NCBI GenBank assembly: GCA_965235115.1
Contig: OZ249436.1
Span: 14,138,001-14,202,000, forward strand
DNA: 64,000 nucleotides
Source: Laetmonice hystrix
Lineage: Eukaryota
Reading direction: 5' to 3'
Made by a program: the position numbers and the translations under genes. A model generated the notes under the pieces. The model had not been told where the DNA came from. It did no database searches and saw only the letters and a list, made by a program, of their open reading frames with translations. Below, one piece after another: positions 1 to 14,000 of the stretch (the stretch's first letter is position 1; every line of letters starts with the position of its first letter).

Positions 1-3000
1 GGAAACAACAACTCATAAAGATCTTCTTTCACCTCAGTTGTGGGCAAGAGTAACTGCCTTTTGCCTTTTGTATGGTCAGAGTGTACTGATGTTACAGAGC
101 AAAACCGGCCCACTAATAATGTCGTTTTAAGGACCCATTAGTGTCTGAAACTACAGTGCACTGGGAATTCCCTGTGAAATCACAGTCCTCTGAAAGAGGC
201 TCCTCTCTGTGTGTTCTCCTAACTCTCGGTGGGAGCTTGGAGGAAAAATATCCAAAGCATATAATCAAGAGGTTGGGATTAATATTCGCTCTAGACTTCG
301 GTCATTATCAACACTACACAAATCGGTACCGCTGTATTGTATTACGTTTTTGACACCCGATATTCCTTATCCGTGAACTCTATTAATTGTATTTGCGATA
401 TTTCTTTAAAACCAGCGGATTGGTCCATGACTTCAAAAGCAAATTCCTCACGAACGTCCTGCTTTTGAATGGGGGGTCTTTAGGAAAGAAAGCTAGATCA
501 CAGAAAGCAGATGACGTTTCAGTTTCATAAGAATAACGACCCTTTTTTGATTGAACAGTTCAAGTACAGCATGTACAAAACCTGAAAACATCTAAAAATG
601 GGATTATTTTATAGGGATTTCCTTTGTAGAAGATTGAGTTGTGTTATTCTATACTAAAATTGCTCCAAAATATGTGCCACAGCGACATCCATGCCTCATG
701 ACGTCTGTCACCTTTGTGCCCGTTCATTGTCTGCCATTGTCTTCCTTTAAAGAGAGCGACACAAGAGTTACGGGGTAAAATATCCGTAGTAGGATTCGAT
801 GAAATATGGATTAAACCATTTTAGGATTTAAATTATTCCAAAGTGAAGTTTCTTTTTAAGTGAAGTGAATCTCAAAGCTTATATAATAATACAATTAAAA
901 AGATAAACTTTTTGGAAATGATGCTTTGTCATTATGCATAAGGGAAATTCGGCAATTATTTTCTGACGTCGAAAGTTTGTAACAGATCTATTGAATATAT
1001 AGCCAGGGTAATATGACAATAAGAGTTGACGTTGTAAGTTTTCAAAATGCTTTTGCACCACTGACTAAATGCACTATCAAGATTCAAGAGACAGCGATAT
1101 TAGTTGTCAGATCAGCTTACATAAGTAAATAGTCTGACAGGAATATTTCAACATGTTATGCATTGTTCCCTGTTACTCTAAGTACTTTCCCTCATGCCGG
1201 GCGCAGTTATCAGAGCATTGTGTTCTGTTATCCGACAGAACACATTTGCTTCCTGTATGAAAAAAAGGAGGAATTCCCTTTGCAGTTGTAAAGGGTAGGG
1301 CCAGCAAGCAATACTAAATATGTTCACTGTGAAATGAAGCTCGCTTCCTGTTGAAATGCCTACCAGAGTCACTTTTTTTTCACCAAAGGACCTCTGCTTC
1401 GAGGTTGTGTGTAGCCTTTGTGGAATGTTGGGACATTGATAAAATAAGGACTTGCTCGGAATGGGTCGCATGTAAACCCTTTGATTTGTGAAGGCCAGCA
1501 TAATTGTCAAGAGACAGCAGGAGCATCAATTAGTACTGTATAGAAATAATTTTGCTAAGGATCTTTTGAGCATAGTTTATTTGGAATATTTTTATAATTC
1601 ATGCTGACCCGATGCCTGCCTTTGTCTGACAATGACAGAAGGTTAAGAAAATTATCTTTCTAAAGAATCAGATGTAAACGAAACCGTTAGGATTTCCTGA
1701 GTTTTTAGAACATCCTCCTGTGTTTTGTTCTTCCCTCAGCTCTGCCCAGATGGGCCTTGACTATCGTCACCACAGTGGTACAAGATGTTTACGAGTAATT
1801 ATCATTTCACACCTTTTCACCAATTGCCTCAATAATGTTTATTGATTTCGCTATCAGAGTTAGGTGAACCCTCAACACTAAATGCGTCTTTCAAATTCAT
1901 TGGAAGAAAGTATAGATGTTAACCTGATAAGACACGTGGCGTTCTGCATCCTAATTTTTACCCCTCCCAGAAAAAGTGCATGCATACACTAGACAGGACG
2001 GAGCTTTAGTCACAGGAAAAGATTTTGTTAGGTTTTTATTTATTAGAGTTACATAATAATGCTTTTAGAATTTGTCTAAATAATATATCTATGGTATAAG
2101 CTCATGTAGGTTTGTGGAGTTAGAAGGGTGAGCCTCGTCCGAGATGAAACTCAGAACTCCAGGCTTTCTCAATCACCTTCATGGTCACCAGCTGTGCTTT
2201 CAAACCTGCACTTGGAGAGAAAACATCTCAAAAAATGCCTTTGAGGTTTTATTGCGAGAACCAGTAAGCGATGGACACAGATTGTCATTGAGGTCTAGCG
2301 TTCTGTGCCGTTGTCAGGTCGGCCTGTAGCAATGTGTTATATCTTGACTCTGGGATGTTTAGTTGGTGGGAAACTGGCGGGGAGAACCCCATCTCTGAGC
2401 AATATATCACACAATGCTGACCTGAACGGTTTTATGTGTCTCCAGGAGGTGTTCGAGTCTTTGCTGTGGTTCACACCAACATGTGATGGATTAACTTTAG
2501 GTGTAAACCTTGGATCTTTTAAGAAAAGGTCGAAAGCAAGCAGATTCCTAACTTTCGCGATGAATCTTCACTGCAGCTTGAGGGGCGGATCTAGAGGGGT
2601 CATTGCCGGAGGGGGGGGGGGCACCGGGTGTTGCCGGGGGGGGGGGGGGCCACCAGGCCTGGGCGAGCGCCGGAGGCCCAATTTCCGAGGAAATATGAAG
2701 GGGATTCTCAGTTTTGCCGGGGGGCACAGTTTCTGTACTAATATTCGTAAACAAACATTCGATGGACTTCTATCCAGAGTGCGGCTAGAATTTTAAATAT
2801 TTTAAGGTACCGTAACTTTACTTTATTATTGTTTAACGCAAGATTCGTGAAGGTTTCTTTGGTTTCTTTAATTGTGTTTACTGGATTTGTTTTGGAAGCG
2901 TAGAAAGATCACAACGTTTTATTGGCGTCAGACTCCGCAAGTTGGAATGTTAATTGCCAGTTCTGTGTAATTCCGCTTTTTTTCTGGTGTTGCAGGTAAT

Positions 3001-5494
3001 CATTTACAAGTAAAGGTTTTGTTTGAAAGATACTTCTGAGATCACAACAAAAAGGGCAGCCTGAAAGTGTTGAGAACGACAATGTTTACTAGAGAAGGCA
3101 TGTAAACAGCTATTATCTTGTGATATCTGGCATGTATCACCTATAGGTCCAATCTGCAGAAAGCAACACTCTACTCTGAGTATTCTTGGGCATATTCTTT
3201 AAGAATGGAAATTCAGGATGTGGCATAAACATTCCAAGTTTTAAGTTTGATTGATTTCTCTCATGCCAGTCACGCTAACCGTCCATCGCTCTTTGAAAGC
3301 TTTTTGGGGCCTTTTAGCCCATTACAGCGGGAAAGACTGAGAAGAATAAGCTAGTAATATTGTAGGATCCCATCTTCATATCTCTTTTGTACAGATACAT
3401 TTAAACGGAAGGCGTTTATAGGGTACTTTAACTGATTACCGTGACGTTTTTTGAATAAGTAGAACCCATAAGTTTGAGTTTGTCCACGAAATTAACATGA
3501 GTGCAGAGCATGAGCTTTTCCATTGTAACATTTGTTAGACCTAGGTAGAGGCATGTTCCGCTTCTATGACAGAAACCGAGAATTCCGTGACATGTTTTAA
3601 AGTAAACTTTCACTTTGCCATAGAATTATGTACAAAAGAAAAAAGGGACTAAGACAGTAAGAAAATGGAAGGAGTGTGGAATCATTCGGCGTTGACTTTG
3701 AACAAGACAATATCGAAATTTAGAATATATGAAAGTGAGTGAGATATATCACATCATTAGCCGGTGTTGTCTATTCAGACAACGAATGGTTTAGTAGGAG
3801 ACAAGGTCTGCCTGACATACCTGTCGTGTCTCCCGAGTGTGGGGATGCGGGACCATAGCATGTTAGTACCAGAGAGTATGGGCAGCACATGAACCACAGC
3901 CGTTATATTGCACAGGGTACACCCAATCTCAGGCCTAGACACCTGCAAGTTAGCAGTGCTGGCAGTCACCCAGAAGGTAGGGAGTTGCTCCATTACAGTA
4001 AATACCAGAGGCACCACCTTGGGTGTTGGAGACGGAGAGGGTGTATTATAGTGATAGAAGCCGTCTTAACTCCAGACATGCCGGCCTGTATTCAGTTTGC
4101 ACATGGCTGCCGCCAGCCAGTCAGACAGAGGCCTTCAAACACCACTTGTTCAATGTAACATTATAACATTGTTTCTGGTCCTGTAGGTGTGCTGCCAACC
4201 CTGGCAGGGACATTCTAGATACTACTGCGTAGATGAGATTGAAACATCATTTGATCAAGTGGCTGGTAATCGGATCTGCATCCAGTTGTGCGCCTGCATT
4301 TAAAAAGAAACCAATGGTCAGCCAAGAAACACTGTGGTAGACTCAGGACAATTTCGACTATCTTGGCCCGTGCCAAAATAGAGTTGCTAGGCTACATTAG
4401 CTTAACCTAAGTTGCCACGGACAGTTCATAACCATTAACTTACTTGGATTGGAAGCAGCAAGGCTGTTATTTTCCCGAGGTCACATCAAGTTTGGGTAGG
4501 ATGTGTGATATAAGCACCTCCTCCCATCTCAGCATGAGCTCCAAGTGGACCCCCCTGGCCGGCCGACTAATCTTCGCCCTTGTTCTTCTGGTAAGTAAGA
4601 AAACCTCAATGCAAGGCTCATTTACATGAAGGCATTGTTGGTTGGAGTGTTGGCATCCACTCCCAAATGTTATGTCATCTGTCTGTGGAGTGCCCGACTA
4701 CTGTGTTTATGCTCACCCATTGAGGCTGGCCCCTTTTTCCCAGTGGACTGTTGCAGGGGAACTCTAAATCTGTTTATTAGGACTAAATGCATGCCATAAC
4801 TGTTGGCAGGAAGAGTGGGGTGGAAAGAACCACTTGTTGAAGATGGAGGTCATGCTGAGCACCAACTTGCAGCCCTGCCCATACTCAGGGACACTTCAAA
4901 ACATGACAAACTAATTCCATACTTGCTTCAGATCCTGGGGCGATGTGTGTGAGCTTGCTGTCAACGCCTGCTACTCTCAGAGTGGTCCTCGAAGTGTTTC
5001 TCTGTCTTTCATAATGAAGTGCACATTTTATTCAAGGGTTGACGGTGGGCGTGGTACTTGTGGAACATACAAATGAAGAAAGGCGCTAGGGCCAGGTCTA
5101 TAAAGGCAGCATATTTCACTTATTCATGCTTCAACCTTTTTTGCGAAACTGTCGGTTCTGTTTCTGTTTAGTATTACGTCAAAATATTTCGTCACGTCGC
5201 AGAAAGATTTGAGGAAACCAGTTCACACAGATTCTGCAACTATTATTTACGCTTAATGTCATTGCAGGTTTGGCTGAGGTGGTGGTTCCTTTACTTAACA
5301 TAGACGTGTTTAACGTCCTTCATGTAGGATGTTTGAAACTTTTCCTTTTCGTAAGCATACTTTTAGTACATTATTTTTCAATAATAGGCACATAAGACAC
5401 ATTAACTCCAGTTTGGGGAAGATGTGTATAAAATGAATCTTCACAAACAGTCCTTCAAAAGATAATAATAATTCAACTATAGAAGTTAGCAATC

Positions 5495-5590
5495 AAAGGA
5501 TTTTGAAAACTCGAATATTGCTTCACGTTGAGGAGGCTGGAAGTTGATTCCAGGCAGTCTCTGGAATGAAAAGAGGATCGTGCACATTCA
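5495..5590 (-). pseudogene. CR1/L2-like LINE ORF2 C-terminal remnant
   Basis: ARSSF..ETAWNQLPASST*SNIRVFKIL resembles the WNxLP...FK end motif. Confidence 0.5.
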
Positions 5591-8500
5591 GTGTGTGTGT
5601 GTGTGTTTCCATCATTATGTTCAGTTGAACAGTCTATGAAGATTACCTTCCCCTTTCTCATCATGTATATCAGACTATGCAGAGCAGCGAGGCAATTCTG
5701 ACATCAAGTTTATTGAAATTTCCAATTATTTGTTGTTCAAACCTTCCTGTAATCGGACGTCTTATATTGGCAAGTTTTTTAAAGCTTTTTTTTTTATTTT
5801 GAAAGTTAGTATCTATTATTCTGAAGAGGAGTATAACTATCCAGAGGCTGATTACAGTATGTTGAACAACACCTAGGCAGGTATTACCCGGCGTAGGTGA
5901 GAGCGTACAGGGTTTCAACAAGGACTGAAAGAGTACCGGTATATGACTCTGGTCCTTTCATACAGAACCTTGTCCGCTCCCATGTACGGTACCTGTTGTC
6001 ACCTATTTAAAGTTAACCTATATATCCAATGGGTCGCTCCGATTAAACTGGGAAAGTTCTGTATTCTGGTCCGACAGCTAAACTTCAACGTCGCAATTTA
6101 CTTTTTGAATGTAATAGGATTGTATTGGAGTTTTAGCCTGAAGACGGAATGTTGAATGTGGGAAGTGACAGGGAGGTACAGGTGCAAATGTTACCTTCTG
6201 GGTGTTCTTACCCTAGAGTATTTAGTTTTCATGGCCTGTGAATTCAATTTTTCACGTCCCTTCGTCAGGATGAGTGGTGCGCCATTTAGGTAACGATGTA
6301 GCTTGGATACCGAACGTGATGCTCTTTGAATGTGGAGTCGGTAACTGGCGAGGTTTGAGATATAACCTCAGGCTCCATTCCTGTCAGGTCATGATCACAC
6401 GGGCAGATACTATGTGTGCACCCATTTCATAAACCTGACCATAGCGTGAAGGCTTCAGAGAAACTCATGTTCAAATTCACGATCTCACTAATAACCATTT
6501 AATATAATATCTGTCTTTATTCGCACATAATATGGCATACACATGCACACACACACACACCAGTCAGTTCATACTATATAAAAAGGAGATACTGATAATA
6601 CATAAATGATAATAAAAAGTCGATTATCAAAGACAAATGTCTTCAATTATAATTTGCACGTCATCAATGCTAAAATTATCGCATTTTTTGGTTCCAATTC
6701 TTATGTCTATCACAGTCATGTAAAACACCAATACCTTCTGAAATACTGCAACGCCAGTTGTTACTCTGTTTTACCGCAATACGAATAACACCATAGCGTA
6801 AGTTGACCTCACTACAATTGTTACTAAAAACAGAGAAAGGATTTCCCAGCGCCATTTAACAACTGACTTGATGAGCTTAGACCCATGTTTTAAATAGGAA
6901 TTGGAATGATAGATGTCCGGTTGAAATGAATGTGCCCTAAATATGGGCGACTCATTTATTGTTTTTGGTATGAGTAAATGACAAAAAATGAAAACGCGAA
7001 TCCAGTAACGATTTTTCTCTTATTCTCTTCAGTATATTTTTCTATAGATAATATAATCGGATCCTGAATGTGACACCGAGATATTTTTGTTTCCCCATTG
7101 CTAGCTGGCAGAATGTCATGCTGCATGCAGTTGCCTCTCATTTCAAACCGATATTCGTGTAATAAGATACAAAGATATTGACGAAAGGAACGTGCCCTTC
7201 GTCGAGAAATTCAAAACAAACGCAGCATGTTGGTTTTACATGATTTCTTTATTGCTACATGCAATAGGAAAACACGTGGAAACATGCCAGTATGCTGAGC
7301 ACAGCAGTTCGGGTTTGACTCACCATGGAAACTCTACATCTTCTGCTTCTGTCACAGGCATGAATAGATTCTGAAGCCTGCAATTCTTCATGGGCTTTTT
7401 CTACTATCTGACTTTTCATTGATGATCAGATTAGGGTGGCAACGAACCGATCGCCCTGCTGGATGGCAAGAAAGGTTTGATTTGCCAGGCTGAAAATGGG
7501 AATTGTAAATCATACCACCCACATTCAAACTCGGCCATTGATCGGCTTTGATCGGGCTGGGACCGGTGAAGGCCACAAAGAAACGTTACTATCGGAGAAA
7601 TCTCGGATTGTCGTTGTCAGATTGATCAGTTCTCAAACCATGAGACGCTGGCCCAGATGACAGCACAGAGATGTGCCACAGTTTGGACTTGCAGCGCTAA
7701 AGGAAGTACCTGCTCCAGTGTTAAAGATGTAATTTCTATCGGTAGAGATGGCACCTACAGTTTGTAAAAACCATAAAGAAGCTTTTTGACCCTGGATTTG
7801 GAGGAGAGCATTTGGTTTGATATTTTTCGCTCTACCTCGAGTTCCACTGGATTCCCTGAGATGTATTGAATAGCACCTTCATTCATGAAGCATCTCCCTA
7901 TCTGGTTCCCATCCACTGAGAGAGCTATAGGCGTGGGTAGCTAAGTGGTAAAAGACCTTGCTATAACTGCGAGCAGCCAAGAAATCATTCTGGTGAGGAA
8001 TGACCGAGATCCCCACCGTCTTCCTCCTGTATTGGTGTGATGGCGATGTCGGGCCAGGGGGATTAGGGCGTGTGGACAAGAGATACAATCAGAATGGTTG
8101 AGCTTAGGGGTGAATGACAGATCGGGAAGAATGCCATTGTAATGACAGCTGGAAATTGCAAAATGAAGATCACTCCCAGGATGTCCTCGTGTGATGTCAG
8201 CAGGGGGGATGGGGGAGGATGTGAAGTGCGGATACATACTACACGTATCAGTGTGCCACTTCTGCTGCTGCTGAGACGGGATGGTTGGGATGGGGGCAGG
8301 GGCATCGCTGGAGCATCTCATTCCATGACGTCGTCGCCAGGCTGGGACCGTCAGGCTGTCACAGGAGACATCCGTCATAGCATAATGGGGGATCAGCAAG
8401 GCCCGCGTGACGGGAAAGATAAGCGCATTATGACATGGGAGCTGACAGAAACATGTATTGTGAGCACAGCCATCAGGGCCAGTACATGAAAGGCACACAA

Positions 8501-8789
8501 CCTGCTGGTGCCTTCAATTGCCTCCACATGCAATCGTCTTGACGGTCAGGGCTGTCACTAGATTGACGTGACGAGAAAAGGCCTGAAACCTCATGAATGC
8601 TCATTTTCTTATCCATGAACACTCCAACACGTCACAGTGTGGGCGTTTATTGTTGTCACTTTTGCTGAGGTTTTTTAAGGGTTGGGGCAAGAACTTCCTT
8701 GATCAAGGTATTTTGTATACAGCTATTTTAGCTGTGACATATTCGTGACGTAACATTATGTTTGGACAGTGTGATACATAAAGACAATA

Positions 8790-9030
8790 AACATAGTAAT
8801 GACGTCATTATGACGTGATGTCACGGTACGTCATAAATCTTGGTGTCAATTGAAAGAGCCTGAATCACTTCCTATTCGTGTTCAATAGTAATTATAGCTC
8901 TATCTTGCATTGTTCATGACTTATCAGCCTTAGAAGATGCCAAAGATGTCATTATGACGTCTTACGTCACGCTACGTCAGAAAAGAGCATGAGTATAACA
9001 TCTATTCATGTTCAACAGTAGGCCTAACCA
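8790..9030. repeat. Degenerate TGACGTCA-rich tandem repeat of about 130-145 bp
   Basis: ga(c/t)gtcattatgacgt...gtcacg.tacgtca at about 8800 and 8946; ctattc(g/a)tgttcaa(t/c)agta at about 8872 and 9002. Confidence 0.55.
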
Positions 9031-11009
9031 TCGTTTTCGACTTGAGGCCAATAACCAAAAATGATGTCAACTTAAGAAATTTGAGATGACATCACAACGT
9101 TAAAATAGGTCAAATAAAAAAGATCTAAAATTATTAATCCTAAGCCTAGATCCATCATTATTTCTGGGCTACACCAAGGGGCTCCAGTATTCGTACCCCT
9201 TTTCCGAACTTTGTAACGTTATTATAAGGTTATAAATAACTCATATGACGCGATGAGTACGTCCTATGCCTATCAGAGACTACCAATATCTATATGTACA
9301 CCAAATAACATTAAAGATAACATGTCACGAATTTCAAATAATACGTCGTGTTTCAGCAAAAATATGTCTGCATTGCCGTTCTCCTACCTGTTTATGTAGC
9401 TTTGGCTGGTAATTTTTTTAAAAATCACCAGTTCTTAACGTGGTCACTGAAAATGACACACTTAGATTCCGAGACCCCGGGATTTGCAGCCGGCTGTGTT
9501 TTGCACCCTTTTCACACGATCGGCCGAGCACATGGCAGCATTGGCGCGTCTTTACATCTCGAGTAATCACAGTGAGAGTCACGTGATCATGGGACCCGTT
9601 CAAACGATTTGCGGCAGCCAAAGGGGGCCAAAATGGCGGATTCATCCCACTTTGCGGACACTGCAGCTAGTTTTATTCATTTTTCTACATTAGGGAGAAT
9701 TTCACAGCTGTCTACTCGTAGTAGGCCTATGTGTTAACAGAATCAATATGAAAAACAATCAGTGCCATAAAGTACGTCAGTGGTGAGCAGGTAAGCAGAA
9801 AACTGAAGATTCCGGTCGATAGGCTACCCCCCGTGACATATTTCCTTTAAGATATCTTGAAAAATGAGCGAAATACAACCATTGTCTAAGAACGACTACA
9901 ATTCCAAGATCCCATCCCCTTGAGAGGGATAGGATAGTTAGACTGAACTTGAGGTTAGCTCGATTTTCATATTTTGTTCCATACGAGTCGTGCGGAGGGT
10001 GTGTTTGGCTAAGATGATGTCAAACCATGCCCGTGTGGTAGACCATCCACTTTTGACGAAACATTCAAACTTTGAAAGGTTAAGAGACATTTTTTTCACT
10101 TTTTCAGTCAGATGCGCCATAAGATCAGACCATCTGACAGATGATGAGTTTCCCCATCATATTTTTGTGTGACAGTTACGCGAGTTTTCTTCCTTTTTTT
10201 CTTTCTTTTTCCTTAAAAAAAATTAACTATTTTATATTCGCGAGTGTCATTTTGCTGACTCCTTCAAGGCTCTTATGGTTATAGGTAAACAGTAATGTCT
10301 GCCAATGGTATTTTTATATCATGTGGTCAAGAATTTACGAGCCCCAAAAAGTGCAAGTATATTCTTTTCGTTTGATTTGCCGGGAGAGAATATGCATAGA
10401 CAGAACTGTATGTAACCTGCAGCCTGGTAGGAATGTTAAGTGGATGGTACATGATGTAATTGCACAGATACACGACACTCTAATATTTCCTTGGCTTTGA
10501 CAATTTCTTTTTTTTACCAATGATTGATTCGTTGACAAAGTGGGGTAATGTAACTTCTTTTTGCAGTGAACAAACACTGCCTCTTAACATGGGATCATAA
10601 CACATAATTTAGAATAAACATTTTATGCAATCCCAGGGTTATTGGCGCGTTTAAGTAAGAGTTCAAAATGTTGACTATACACTATATATATAGAAATATT
10701 ATTTGTACTTCAACATCAGAGCACAGACCTGAAGAGTGGGAGTTTGGCTTGGAATGCCCACTTTATCCTTGAGACATGAGGTTTTATCTGTTCTGACATA
10801 CCCGGTGGATTATTACCTTGGATATTTACTGACGCCTCGTAATCGGAAGTCTGAAATGGAAGCATTAACAATACGATCAGTGCACGGCCTGTCAGAGACG
10901 TCCGTCTGCCCTGAGACGGGTGTTGTCACGTCCGGAGGGGTGTCATTATGCCGCACATATACTCTGGGGTTTCTCCTGACAGTAGAAGTGACAAAGTCCT
11001 GTCATTATC

Positions 11010-11098
11010 CACAGCAGCCTCATCCATTCGGGTCTCGATTCATATACTAATAAAAAGATTAGCATACTATAGAGACCCAAACGGATGAGGCTGCTGTG
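11010..11098. repeat. 89-bp inverted repeat (hairpin or tiny MITE)
   Basis: cacagcagcctcatccattcgggtctc (11010-11036) pairs 25/27 with gagacccaaacggatgaggctgctgtg (11072-11098). Confidence 0.9.
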
Positions 11099-14000
11099 AA
11101 TTATCACAGGGTCTAGGCAATGAAATCCGTCTGAAACAAATGCATGGGACCGAGTTCCTCGAAGCTGGGCTATAAACTTTTAGTTATTTGATATATATTT
11201 GAGTTATTTGATATATACTACATATAATACTACATTACATACAGAGCTCGCTGGAGGGGTGTGTGTGTGTGTGTGTGTGTGGAAAGAACCGTACTCTGCC
11301 CCCTCCACTTTAATTTGAAATGTTCAGAAATGGTAGAACATACAGTAATTACACTCTATTCTGTCCCCATGAGAACTGTTTTAAAGATAACTGGATACTG
11401 CAATTCTTTGTTTACTATCATAGAAAGAACTGAAGAGATTGCCGAAAGTGTAAAGACCTCCAGACATCCAAACGCAATTACTCAAGTTCTTAATTGCCAA
11501 TTTATTCTAAAAAAGATGGATTAGTTACCACAATGTGCAATGTACCCCCTTTAGAAGCCAATTAAATAGTTTAGTATCTTTCTCTGCTATGGTAATTTTG
11601 TGTTATAGTAGTATTCAGTATTGGAAGGTCATTTTGCTGACATTGAAGCGGGCGTCAGTAGATCTTGATGGATATGATGTGTGAGCATCTGCTGTGATCC
11701 CAGGACTACTTACCCGGTAAATAAAGGGGGCGTTAATGAGCATACTATCGACTACATGGTAGGTCATTGACTGAAAACGACCTGCAGCAACAACGCTGCT
11801 ACAATACATATACCGGGGTAAAGTAGATTGATAATGGCGTTGTGCCATTACTGTGCTGCTGCGCTGATGGCAACCAAGTTTTTGCATACAAAAGGAGGAA
11901 AATGGAATGAAGACCGCAATATTTACCGGCAGCTCGATCGTTAAAGGGGCAGGTCATGGAAAATGTTAGCAATTGTACCTAATATAGAGATTACCCCCAG
12001 TGTTGATTTTATGAGTGAGAAAACGTTAGTAACAGAAACTGATCCTGAACTTTATCAAGGCTTAAATGGTTTTTGGCAAATTTAAGTTTTTTTCATTAAT
12101 TCGTGTTATCTCTGAAATATGGTGTTAATCAGTATCGACTAAACCAAGTACCTCTAACATACCTTCAATCAGCTTTGTTTTACAACAACCTGAAGTATAC
12201 GGAGCTATTAGCAGCCTAAAATATCAACTGGAGATTGCTCATGCGCATGCCGTCGGATAGCCATAACTGGTCACGTGATTTGCTGTAATTCACGTGTCGC
12301 CGCTTCTGTCAGCCAATGGAATTCCGTAATACATCTGTGCTACCATATTTACGACTACTGCACATGTGGCTTCCAAAGCATGCAGCAGATGTCATCACGG
12401 GGCTGTGATATAGTGTTCTTATGGTGTGCACTGGAGAACTCTACTCTGCAAGTCATATCTGTTGGGTTTTTTTCTACCTGCAACATAAACCGATAAACGT
12501 CAACAAATGTGATGCAACTTCAGTTTACAAAGTGGTATCTCTTATGGCGTCCGGACAAAAAAGTTCCTCCAGAGAGCGAGACATTCTGGGTAGAGCAAGG
12601 GAAACCTGTATAGGCCTACGTGTTGATAAAGAGCAAGTTCTATAGGTTTTTAATATTAGACGTACCTCTATAGCAGTAGGCATGGAATTGCATACCAGGT
12701 ATTTGGATGTGAATCGAGTATAAAAAAATTATACGGCTCGTGCTTTTGGTCCATATAAAACATTGACACCATGTGGCTCGACCGCGCAGCAATGGCCAGG
12801 ATATGTCATGGGAGCTGAATATGGCTCACACTTGCAGTATGCATTTTATCAGCATTATTGCCCAATTTCAAGCTTGAAGGAATAAACACAAAAAATGTTA
12901 TTGCAATGCTTTACCATCAGTCGTCTATATGGATTGCAGTCATTCCGGTAATTGTGGATACTTATAGGCTCAAGTCAAGGAATGGCCGTGACGTCACGCG
13001 CAAGAAAAAATATAATCGCTCGGGTGTAATCAGGTCCAGTCCACCTACGCCCGGACTATTGACTTGTGCCTACTTATATTACAGTTAGTAACTGACTCTT
13101 TACTTCCTGTTTAATCACAAGATTTCGGCCACTTCCAATCTACAATCATCATATCGATTTCATGTACGCCTTAGTGCTTCCTGCCAAATATAATCTTTTC
13201 CCTTTACGTAATACTAATTATGTTCCTGTATAAATAAGTGCAAAGTAACTTATCACAGAGATAAGATCTTAACTGTGCAGTTATCTAGATGGTCACTAGA
13301 AATTCATGGAATCTGTCAATTCCGACCTTAAAATGCGTGGAAATTATAACAGTTTTACCAGGCATACGTGGGCGAAGGGTTTACAGTAGAACTCCTGCTG
13401 GCAGATCTGGCAGATCAAGACCCCCCCCCCCCCGCCCCACCTCCTCATCTTTGAACACCGGGCGGACCAGGGGATATCCGGCCCCTTACGGTGGACCACA
13501 GCATCCGCGGAAACTATTCATCACTGGCGCGAGCCTACCATTCCAGGCACTTGCCAAATCCCTCCATTTGCAACTGTAACTGACAAGGCCTGGTCATCAT
13601 TAAGGTGAAAAGGTCAGAACAAAAGATCTGCATTAGGAGCCCAAACACGAATCTGCTCTTTAGTGTGATGTCGTAATCGTTGTAAACGCTGATAGCATTA
13701 CTTGGGGCTATGTTCCAAACAAAGGCATGGCAGAGAGTGATACGTCTTTTTAGTGAACTGCTGAAGACTTCTCTATACTCTTCGGGGCAGTAATTATGCT
13801 ATGAGAAATTGCTGACTTTAGAAGGATACCGATAAGTGCATCTATATGACATAATCGAGTAAAAGCACAGAAGTTATTTAATAGATAATAAGTGTTCTTT
13901 AAACCAAGTGTAACTGTACTGAAGTGGAGCATTCCGCAGTAGGATTCTAATTAAGTGCTTGACCGTTGTGGTCAAACTGGAGAAATGGGACTTCAAAATG

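Noticed and set aside
3800..4930. Host exons or a transposon-associated Cys-rich gene on the minus strand
   Set aside because: Splice-like signals are present, but every frame has several stops and I could not identify a family.
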